In this document: positions 56,559 to 64,000 of the stretch, piece after piece
Layout: every line of letters begins with the position of its first letter
How positions within the stretch are numbered: position 1 is the first letter of the stretch
DNA from: Bacteriovoracaceae bacterium
GTDB lineage: Bacteria; Bdellovibrionota; Bacteriovoracia; Bacteriovoracales; Bacteriovoracaceae
Reading direction: 5' to 3'
Assembly (NCBI GenBank): GCA_965217035.1
Contig: OZ244226.1
Span: 1,656,146 to 1,720,145, forward strand
DNA: 64,000 nt
The notes under the pieces: generated by a model
Databases searched by the model: none
Told to the model about the DNA's origin: nothing
The model's input: only the letters and a program-made list of their open reading frames with translations
Made by a program: the position numbers and the translations under genes

Positions 56559-58274
56559 ATGAGATTATCACAAGCTTATTGGCAGACCTATAAAGAAGTC
56601 CCGAAAGACGCTGAAATTCCATCACATAGACTCATGATGCGAGCAGGGTTTCTCCACAAGGTAGGATCTGGGATTTATCATTATCTCCCTTTCGCCATTC
56701 GTACTCTTCAAAAAATAGAAAATATTATTAGAGAAGAAATGAATCGTGCCGGTTCCATGGAGGTAAAAATGGCGGTAGTAACACCGGCGGAGCTTTGGCA
56801 AGAGTCTGGTCGCTGGGATGCTGCTCGTGATGTTATGCTTCAGTTTAAAGATCGAGGCGAAAAAGAAATGTGTATTAGCCCGACTAACGAAGAAACGGTT
56901 ACTGATATTTTCAGAAAAACCGTTAAATCGTATAAACAGCTTCCAGTAAGTTTGTATCAAATCAATACTAAATTTCGTGATGAGATCCGACCTCGTTTCG
57001 GACTTATGCGTGGTCGTGAGTTCGTGATGAAGGATGCTTATACCTTTCATGAATCAAAAGAATGTCTCGATGAAGGCTATGAGTGTTTGTATAAAGCTTA
57101 CGAGAGGATTTTTGAAAGACTTGGATTAGATTTTATTGTGGTTGAGGCCGATGCTGGCATGATGGCAGGAGCCGATTGTAAAACTCACGAGTTTCAAGTT
57201 GTTGCGGATACAGGTGAAGATCTTGTCATTTATTCGAATGAAGCCAATTATGCTTCTAATATTGAAAAAGCAGCGACGATTCGGAAAGACTTAGATTTTG
57301 CTCCAGCAACTGAATTAAAAGAAGTAGAAACAAAAGGGAAAGCAACAATTAAAGATGTTTGTGATTTTCTTGGAACTCCCCAACATCATAGTTTGAAATC
57401 ATTAGTTTATAAAGCAACTAAGGGTGATGAAGACAAGCATATTCTTGTTATGCTCCTTGGTGATGATGAACTTAATGAGATTAAGTTGGTAAACGAGTTG
57501 GGATGTGATCATTTAACAATGGTTAATGATGCGACTCTTGAGAAGCTTGGACTTGTTAAAGGTTATATTGGTCCTCACAAAGTTCAAAACGTTGAAATCA
57601 TTTATGATAATGCGATTGATTTGAAAGCAGGTTATTGTGCTGGAGCGAATAAAGCTGATTATCATTTCACAGGGTTTGTTCCAGAACGTGATAGTGAAGG
57701 GTATAAACAAGCGGATGTTCGTCTTTCTCGTGAAGATGATTATACTCCAGATGGCAAACACAAGATCTCTATGAAAAGAGGAATTGAAGTCGGACATATT
57801 TTTCAATTAGGTGATAAGTATACTAAGAGCTTAGATTCTTCTGTGCTTGATAAAAATGGAAAACAAGTTTTTCCTCAAATGGGCTGTTACGGAATTGGTG
57901 TGACTCGAACGATGGCAGCGGCAATTGAGCAAAACCATGATGAGAATGGAATTATTTGGCCAAAGCAAATTGCTCCTTTTCATGTTTATTTTGCGATGAT
58001 TGGAAAGAGTGATGAGATCAAGAATCTTGGAACTGAAATTTATGAGGATCTTCTTAAGAAAGGTATAGAGGTTCTTTTCGATGATCGAGGACAAGGTCCT
58101 GGAGCCATGTTTAAGGATGCCGATCTCCTTGGATTACCAATTAGGCTTACTCTAGGAGAAAGAGATTATAATAAAGATGGAACTTTTGAACTTGCCCTAA
58201 GAAAAAATGGAAAATCAATTAGAGTAAAGCGTGAAGAGATTATTCCACATATAAAAGAGTATCTAGGTGAGTAA
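56559..58274 (+). CDS. proS: Proline--tRNA ligase with INS editing domain
   Basis: SHRLM.RAG, PTNEE, KFRDEIRPRFGLMRGREF, GIEVGHIF, MGCYGIG. Confidence 0.98.
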   Translation: MRLSQAYWQTYKEVPKDAEIPSHRLMMRAGFLHKVGSGIYHYLPFAIRTLQKIENIIREEMNRAGSMEVKMAVVTPAELWQESGRWDAARDVMLQFKDRGEKEMCISPTNEETVTDIFRKTVKSYKQLPVSLYQINTKFRDEIRPRFGLMRGREFVMKDAYTFHESKECLDEGYECLYKAYERIFERLGLDFIVVEADAGMMAGADCKTHEFQVVADTGEDLVIYSNEANYASNIEKAATIRKDLDFAPATELKEVETKGKATIKDVCDFLGTPQHHSLKSLVYKATKGDEDKHILVMLLGDDELNEIKLVNELGCDHLTMVNDATLEKLGLVKGYIGPHKVQNVEIIYDNAIDLKAGYCAGANKADYHFTGFVPERDSEGYKQADVRLSREDDYTPDGKHKISMKRGIEVGHIFQLGDKYTKSLDSSVLDKNGKQVFPQMGCYGIGVTRTMAAAIEQNHDENGIIWPKQIAPFHVYFAMIGKSDEIKNLGTEIYEDLLKKGIEVLFDDRGQGPGAMFKDADLLGLPIRLTLGERDYNKDGTFELALRKNGKSIRVKREEIIPHIKEYLGE

Positions 58275-59013
58275 AGATTTAATTACGGGTTTTCATAGTA
58301 TTCACCATGCTCTTAAAAATCCTAAGAGAAATGTGATTGAAGTTCTCGCGACAGATAAAGGATTACAAGAATATAAGAAAAAATATTCTCATATCGATGC
58401 GGAACTAAAGCGATTAAAGCCGCATGAGTTTCAGGCTCAATCAGAAAAGCTTTATAAAGAAGCCGGTTTTAAGTTTCAAAAAATTTCTTCTGGGCTCCTC
58501 TTGATCGCTGAAGGCCTTGAATATAAAAGTCATGCTTGGCTTTATGATCATATCGAAAAGAATGATTCTGTTAAATTGCTTGCCTTGGATCAGGTTACTG
58601 ATATCCAAAATGCAGGAGCTATTTTAAGGACTGCAGCTTTTTATAATATTGATGCATTGATTGTAGGGATTAAAGGAAGTTTCTCTTTAACTCCTTCTTT
58701 TTTTAGAAATACTTCAGGGGCTTTCGAACATGTTCCTTTCATACAGGTTCCAAGTCTGTCTAAAACATTAAAAACCCTCTCTGAAAAAAATGTAAAAATT
58801 ATTGGCCTTAGCGAGGAGGCGAATGATGATGAGTTCGAGAGAACTTCAAAAGAATGCTTTATTATGGGATCGGAAGACAATGGTTTATCTCATGCTGTGG
58901 AGCGTTGTATTGATCACAATATCGCACTCAAAGCAGCAGGTGAAATCGAATCTTTGAATGTTTCAGTTGCAACAGCAGTAACGCTAGAGCGGTTTTTAAA
59001 TAAAAACATCTAA
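58267..59013 (+). CDS. TrmH/RlmB-family SPOUT RNA methyltransferase
   Basis: LDQVTD.QN.GAILRTA, MGSED.GL, ESLNVSVA. Confidence 0.9.
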   Translation: MSKDLITGFHSIHHALKNPKRNVIEVLATDKGLQEYKKKYSHIDAELKRLKPHEFQAQSEKLYKEAGFKFQKISSGLLLIAEGLEYKSHAWLYDHIEKNDSVKLLALDQVTDIQNAGAILRTAAFYNIDALIVGIKGSFSLTPSFFRNTSGAFEHVPFIQVPSLSKTLKTLSEKNVKIIGLSEEANDDEFERTSKECFIMGSEDNGLSHAVERCIDHNIALKAAGEIESLNVSVATAVTLERFLNKNI

Positions 59014-59090
59014 TTTTCCATACATTGATTGACTGGTTTACTCAGATTTAGCAGATTGAAATCATCATTATATTTATCAAGGGGAATCCT

Positions 59091-59582
59091 ATGAAGCTTT
59101 TATGCGCATTATTTATGACCTTATCATTTAACGTCATGGCTCAGAAAACTGAAAAATTTTATGTACCAAATGGTGAGATGGAGCAATTGATTACAAGAAA
59201 CGCTGCTGAAACGAGAAAGCAGACAGCTATGTTTTCTTGGGACGAAGTTGTGACTGGTACTGAGCAATATTGTGTTCAATGGGATTTTAGACGTCGTTAT
59301 AATTGGTGTCGTGATCGAAGAGGGAGGCTGTTTAGGTGTGGAGTTCGTGATTTTGGATACTGTATTCGTTACGAGGCAAGACAACATACGAGAAATATTA
59401 CTCAACGTTATAGAGTTCGCTTAAAATTTGATAAATCTGCGAGATTAGGTTTTAAAGGAGCTGAAAAATATCTCGTGAAGTTCGATAAGGCTTCTAAGTG
59501 CGGCTTTGTAACTTCTGCAAACGCTAATGCAGATAAAAGAATCATCAATAATAAGACTTGTCGGAAGGTCATTATTAAATAA
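59091..59582 (+). CDS. Hypothetical secreted basic Cys/Arg-rich protein
   Basis: Signal peptide, AAGGGG RBS. Confidence 0.7.
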   Translation: MKLLCALFMTLSFNVMAQKTEKFYVPNGEMEQLITRNAAETRKQTAMFSWDEVVTGTEQYCVQWDFRRRYNWCRDRRGRLFRCGVRDFGYCIRYEARQHTRNITQRYRVRLKFDKSARLGFKGAEKYLVKFDKASKCGFVTSANANADKRIINNKTCRKVIIK

Positions 59583-59600
59583 TTCCGCTTTGCGAAAATA

Positions 59601-59630
59601 ACCCACTTCATGGATTGGGAAGTGGGCTTT
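59601..59630 (+). terminator. Hairpin/terminator after ORF 59091
   Basis: CCCACTTC-atggattgg-GAAGTGGG-cttt. Confidence 0.55.
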
Positions 59631-59643
59631 CTGAACCTAATGC

Positions 59644-59672
59644 TTGATAAAGCCCTTAAATTCCAATATAAC
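59644..59672 (+). promoter_or_regulatory. Sigma70 promoter of the tRNA operon
   Basis: TTGATA-N17-TATAAC. Confidence 0.65.
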
Positions 59673-59695
59673 TTATCTCACGATTAAAAGTGCTT

Positions 59696-59771
59696 GCTGC
59701 TCTAGCTCAGTTGGTAGAGCATCGGTTTTGTAAACCGACGGTCGCAGGTTCGACTCCTGTGAGCAGCTCCA
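59696..59771 (+). tRNA. tRNA-Thr(TGT)
   Basis: Cloverleaf, loop TTTGTAA, CCA. Confidence 0.97.
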
Positions 59772-59787
59772 CTTTTGTTTCTAAGTT

Positions 59788-59873
59788 GGCGTGGTTCCCG
59801 AGCGGCCAAAGGGATCAGACTGTAAATCTGACGGCGTATGCCTTCGATGGTTCGAATCCATCCCGCGCCACCA
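59788..59873 (+). tRNA. tRNA-Tyr(GTA)
   Basis: Cloverleaf with long variable arm, CTGTAAA, CCA. Confidence 0.97.
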
Positions 59874-59926
59874 CTTAGAAATATCCATTCTGTGTTTTTT
59901 GCATTAGGATTGGAAATCAAATCTTA

Positions 59927-60002
59927 GCGGGTGTAGCTCAGTTGGTAGAGCACCAGCCTTCCAAGCTGGGGGTCGAGAGTTCGAACCTCTTCGCCCGCTC
60001 CA
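59927..60002 (+). tRNA. tRNA-Gly(TCC)
   Basis: Cloverleaf, CTTCCAA, CCA. Confidence 0.97.
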
Positions 60003-60009
60003 TTTCTTC

Positions 60010-60120
60010 TAAAATTTATTCATTTTCGTTGTCGCGGTTGCGACTCGGCTTCGGTCACATACTTCGTTTGTATACTCCCTCAGTCTCACTTGCCGCTCCT
60101 AGAATCTGAACAAATTTATA
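60010..60120. mobile_element. ERIC-like MITE
   Basis: TIR AAATTTATTCATTTTC / GAATCTGAACAAATTT; core GTCACATACTT...TGTATACTCC. Confidence 0.6.
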
Positions 60121-60168
60121 TCGAAATTTATTTTAAGCTGCTTTATACTTCGTGAGTCTTGAAAGCGT

Positions 60169-60245
60169 CGGAACGTAGCGCAGTCTGGTAGCGTACTATT
60201 CTGGGGGGATAGGGGTCGCTGGTTCAAATCCAGTCGTTCCGACCA
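60169..60245 (+). tRNA. tRNA-Pro(GGG)
   Basis: CGGAACG acceptor, loop CTGGGGG, TTCAAAT, ACCA. Confidence 0.96.
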
Positions 60246-60418
60246 TTTCAAACAATGGGTGCAAATGCACCCATTGTGAGAAGTTTTCTGAATAACTCGT
60301 TTAAATAAGTGAATGACTTGGTTGCTGAAAAATTGCAGGAGCAATTTTGTGTGCTTGCACCCGAAGGGTTCCGTAGCAGGATGCGGAGGGACGCAATCAA
60401 ATCCAGTCGTTCCGACCA
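60246..60418 (+). repeat. tRNA-linked repeat ending in an exact 22-bp copy of the tRNA-Pro 3' end
   Basis: TCAAATCCAGTCGTTCCGACCA at 60224-60245 and 60397-60418; several hairpins between. Confidence 0.8.
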
Positions 60419-60562
60419 CTTCAATTTATGGATGCTTTTGCCCTTACCGTAAAAGAGAGACGTAGAAATAAAACAATAAATAATAGCTTCTTGACGTGAT
60501 GGTAGATGAAATCAAGGGATTCGTCTTTGTGGTAGATAGATATCATAAGATTTTTTCCCTAG

Positions 60563-62245
60563 CTAGTTTGAATCAGGGTCTTTTTCCGTTTCAGTTTCTT
60601 CTTCAGGCTTTTCTCGAATTTGCTCAACTATGGTTGAGATCATTCCGCCGTCACTATGAATTCTCTCATAATACATGTGAGATTGTTCCATGCCTTTATA
60701 ATTAGAACGAATATCAGAAATAGCCTCCGCTCCTTTATTCTCTCTAAGCTGGGTAAGTTCGGCGTAGATTAAGCCCGATATTTTGATGTCTAAGCTTGCG
60801 TCATCTTGAAGGAGTTGCTCTTTAGTTAGGCCTAGTTGAGAGACAATATCTTCTTTTAAATAATCAAACAGGAAATAGATATCATTGTCGGGATCTTTTT
60901 TCTCATTATTATAATTGGTATGAACTGACTTAATCCATTCTTTGGAGCGACTTGTTTGATAGGCGATAATGACATCTTTCATGTCGTTCATTTCTTCGTT
61001 CGAGAATTCTTTTGCGAAAATCTTAGCGTATTCATCTGTCCAGGAGTCAAAATCGAGATCCTCATTTTTACCTTGTTGAATAGAGAGAAGAGCATTATCA
61101 AATTCTACACTAATAAATTCCATGCGTTCTGGATAAGCCTCTCTTAACTCCGCTATAATTTTACTTTGTTCACCTTTTTCAGCGAGAAAAATTTCTGATA
61201 AAAATTCATGGGCAACAGTTTCTGTGCCTTTATACCCAAAAGAAATCTTTTCGACCCATCGGGCATTTTTATCATGATAATCACGACTAAACATATTGGC
61301 CCCTAGTTGATAGGAGAGGTAGGCAACCGATGCTACCATGATGAGGTTTCCTGTATTTCTTAGTGATGAGGCAACCTGAGCACTACTAATATTTCTAAAG
61401 CCTTTTCTGCTCGCGATTTCTTCGAGGTAGCTATAAATATCTTTTAAGCTTGCTCCTTCATTAAGTTTTTTGATGATCTCTTTTTCATAGCGCTTAAATA
61501 AAAACTTGGCTACTGCTGTATCTCCAATAAGGGTGGGGACAGAAATGACCGATTTAATAATTCGTACAAGAGCTTTCTTTATTTTTTTTACAAGATTTCT
61601 GGCATAGTCTTTTGCACCTGCTTTTTGGAAATGATCGACCCAAAAAGAAAGTAGTTTTTTATTAGCAAATCGATGAGCAAACCATCCGGCTAAGACTTTT
61701 TTAGGACTAGTTGGAAGACTCTTTATTAAAACCCCTAATGTTTTTTTAGGACTTATTCTTTGAGAGAGTAAAAGTGCTGAAATAATAATATCGGGATCAC
61801 TTTTAAAAGGCTTTTGAAAGTCTACTGATTCAATTTTTCTCATAAACTTTCGAACTCTTCTTCCTGTCGATGTTTCTGAGAGGGTATCTCGAAGAGGTTT
61901 GAAAAAAGATTTATCGTCTAATTGAAAAAGAAAATCAATATAGGCGATTTTAAAAGCGTTAGATGTTGGTTCAAGAGTTGAGCCTTCAGCGAGCATTTGT
62001 TTTAAAAAATCATCAACGGAGTTATAAGTTCCATTCTTGTAAGCTGTATCCAAGGCATTATAGGCTTCCTGTATTTCTTTGGAGCTGGGAGCATCATGAA
62101 CTGAAGTTTTTGCTGAAAAATAGTCATCTGCGTAAGCAGCACATTTTGCTTTGAATTTTTTAAAGCCACTTTTGAGATCTCCATACACTCCAGCATTAGA
62201 AGAGAGAGAGCAAGCAAAAAAGAATAGAGCTATATATTTACTCAT
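60563..62245 (-). CDS. Hypothetical secreted or membrane helical protein
   Basis: Signal peptide, 560 aa, central hydrophobic segment. Confidence 0.75.
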   Translation of the reverse strand: MSKYIALFFFACSLSSNAGVYGDLKSGFKKFKAKCAAYADDYFSAKTSVHDAPSSKEIQEAYNALDTAYKNGTYNSVDDFLKQMLAEGSTLEPTSNAFKIAYIDFLFQLDDKSFFKPLRDTLSETSTGRRVRKFMRKIESVDFQKPFKSDPDIIISALLLSQRISPKKTLGVLIKSLPTSPKKVLAGWFAHRFANKKLLSFWVDHFQKAGAKDYARNLVKKIKKALVRIIKSVISVPTLIGDTAVAKFLFKRYEKEIIKKLNEGASLKDIYSYLEEIASRKGFRNISSAQVASSLRNTGNLIMVASVAYLSYQLGANMFSRDYHDKNARWVEKISFGYKGTETVAHEFLSEIFLAEKGEQSKIIAELREAYPERMEFISVEFDNALLSIQQGKNEDLDFDSWTDEYAKIFAKEFSNEEMNDMKDVIIAYQTSRSKEWIKSVHTNYNNEKKDPDNDIYFLFDYLKEDIVSQLGLTKEQLLQDDASLDIKISGLIYAELTQLRENKGAEAISDIRSNYKGMEQSHMYYERIHSDGGMISTIVEQIREKPEEETETEKDPDSN

Positions 62246-64000
62246 CGTCTAAACTCCCTCAAGAGTTGAAATACGCGATTTCTTCTCAAGAAATCCCTGT
62301 AGGCGCAAACATTTTTAGAGTAATGTCTATCAAGTTTTCTTTTATAGGTTTTAATTTTGTTTCTTCTTTGCTTTTTAGATTCACCCTTCATCCAAGCTGG
62401 CCACTTCGTCGCTTGTATATATTCATTAAGAGTTTTTTCGTAATCATTGAGATAAGAGTTATACATAGAGCTGAGGTTTTGATCGTCAAAATAACCTCTT
62501 TGAGCTGATTTTAAGATGGTATTTTTACAATGTTTTTTGAATTTATTGATATGTTTAAATGCTAATGATTGAAGGCATAGTCTTGAGAGTTCATCGGCTG
62601 CAGTTTCAGCACTTAAATCATGATCAGATATGACATCGGGATTAAGTTCGAAAATATCAGTATTGTACTTAAATCGATCTCCGAAGACTGTTGAGTTAAT
62701 AATTGGATGCAAGAGTCCAACAGTTGGATTGTACTTTCTCGTGAAAGAATCTCTAAGGTATGAACTTGGCCCGTAATATTTTTGCTCTTCTGAAATAGCC
62801 TTATATTGAGTGATCATTCCAACGAAGAGGTTTCCAAAGCTATTTTCTAAAACACTTAAGTTCTTTTCATGGATTTCCTTTGCGCTATTAATAGCTTGTT
62901 TTAAAAGAGTGGGGTCTTCACCATAAGACGCATTTAAAAGATCTGCGAAAATATCGTTAGCAGAAACTAAAAATAATTGCTTAACATAATTATCGAGTTG
63001 ACTGGGATCATGTAATTGTTGTTTGAAGTCGAACTCAACGGTTGTGAAAACTCTAGTCTGGAGATAGGTGTCCCTTTGAAGAAGAATATTGAAGTTTTTG
63101 TAGGTTGTATCAATAACATCTAAAAAAGCTTGAAGAATTTCATCATTATGCCCAAGGGTTGCTATCGCATCAATGTCTTCATTCATTGATCCTAGGGTTG
63201 GAGATATTGCTTTCTTTATTGAAGTTTTTATTTTGTCAGGATCATCTATATTAGCGATTCGAGCTTTGATATCATTATAAGAAAGAGTTTTCGATTTTTT
63301 GGTTTTATTAAGTTCTTGGTCTAATCTTTTCTTAAGGTCTTCTTCAAACTCTTTAATTTTTTTATAGGTGACTTCATCAACTTTTTGAAAAGCAGCAAGA
63401 ACGCCATCTATTTTAGTAATTGTTTCACTTATATAGGCAAGCATAGAACGAGGGATCTCTGGATTAACCTTATACTGTCTATAAAGTCTCTCCATGTATT
63501 TTTTGACGTTTAAAAGTGCTCGTCGAACAGTGATTCTTTGACCAGACATAGCTTGTGCAACAAGATTTGGAATATCGACGATGAACCTAGTTCTAAAGTA
63601 TTCATTAGCTCCGATATAAGCTTTCTCAGCAATTTTTTTAGTCTGAGTAGCAATTTTATCAAAGAGTGCATCGGGTTCGTCAAAAACATCAATGAATCCA
63701 CCACCACTTCCTTGAGTTTGCATATATTTTTCCCAAGGCATCTGGAATTGACGGTCGCCTCTGGCGGCAACTTCATCAGGGATGATTGGGTTTCCACTAG
63801 CATCTACTTTACCCACTAGAAAGAATGGAATACCAAGAGATTGCATCGTCCAAGAGAAAAAATTAACATCTCCTCGACTGGAACGGTTGAAACTTCCGCC
63901 GATCGTTTTAACAACGGTAGCAAGAAGAGTTTCTAATATAAATGCTTTTTTTGCGGTATAATCTTTAATTTCTCGATAGTCGATTCTAAAGTTCTCAACT
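62242..64000 (-). CDS. Large hypothetical protein; 5' end lies outside the window
   Basis: Frame stays open from 63846 to the window edge; overlaps the downstream gene (ATGA). Confidence 0.75.
   Translation of the reverse strand, partial: VENFRIDYREIKDYTAKKAFILETLLATVVKTIGGSFNRSSRGDVNFFSWTMQSLGIPFFLVGKVDASGNPIIPDEVAARGDRQFQMPWEKYMQTQGSGGGFIDVFDEPDALFDKIATQTKKIAEKAYIGANEYFRTRFIVDIPNLVAQAMSGQRITVRRALLNVKKYMERLYRQYKVNPEIPRSMLAYISETITKIDGVLAAFQKVDEVTYKKIKEFEEDLKKRLDQELNKTKKSKTLSYNDIKARIANIDDPDKIKTSIKKAISPTLGSMNEDIDAIATLGHNDEILQAFLDVIDTTYKNFNILLQRDTYLQTRVFTTVEFDFKQQLHDPSQLDNYVKQLFLVSANDIFADLLNASYGEDPTLLKQAINSAKEIHEKNLSVLENSFGNLFVGMITQYKAISEEQKYYGPSSYLRDSFTRKYNPTVGLLHPIINSTVFGDRFKYNTDIFELNPDVISDHDLSAETAADELSRLCLQSLAFKHINKFKKHCKNTILKSAQRGYFDDQNLSSMYNSYLNDYEKTLNEYIQATKWPAWMKGESKKQRRNKIKTYKRKLDRHYSKNVCAYRDFLRRNRVFQLLREFRR

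Noticed and set aside
59690..60419. ORFs 59690-59878, 59702-59920, 60099-60419 (also 24273-24461)
   Set aside because: Artefactual translations across tRNA genes
496..63819. Numerous 60-140 aa ORFs nested in or antisense to long genes
   Set aside because: Shadow frames without recognisable motifs, overlapping confident genes
60246..64000. Integrated genomic island or prophage at tRNA-Pro
   Set aside because: The direct repeats are only ~150 bp apart and no integrase or phage gene is visible

Overview
AT-rich bacterial chromosome segment. Gene content (FliW-CsrA flagellar cluster, IcmF, AmgK/MurU, many secreted proteases and lipoproteins) suggests a predatory Bdellovibrionota, probably Bacteriovoracaceae-like; this assignment is inferred. 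Most of the window is core genome: amgK-murU, a CHASE2 kinase/sigma54 regulator-lspA-lgt operon, icmF, a PduO-type adenosyltransferase, iscA, astA, bamD, flgFGAHI-J-MNKL-csrA-fliW, xseB, PBP1A, folD-gcvT-gcvH, ruvCAB, lpxC, proS, a TrmH methylase and five tRNAs. I see no integrase, transposase, prophage or CRISPR array, and no single unambiguous novel multi-gene system. Best leads: (1) a secreted peptidylarginine-deiminase-like enzyme plus an atypical trypsin inserted between flgI and flgJ; (2) a class II cobalamin riboswitch with a visible kissing loop controlling a stand-alone transcobalamin-like (DUF4430) protein near icmF/ATR; (3) a structured 6S-like RNA that occludes the proS ribosome-binding site; (4) a tRNA-Pro-linked repeat with GGA hairpins, plus other CsrA-type sites; (5) two ERIC-like MITEs; (6) tandem subtilases diverging in patches; (7) several apparent pseudoenzymes and a YgfZ-TPR fusion. 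All family assignments come from motif recognition by eye, not from database searches.
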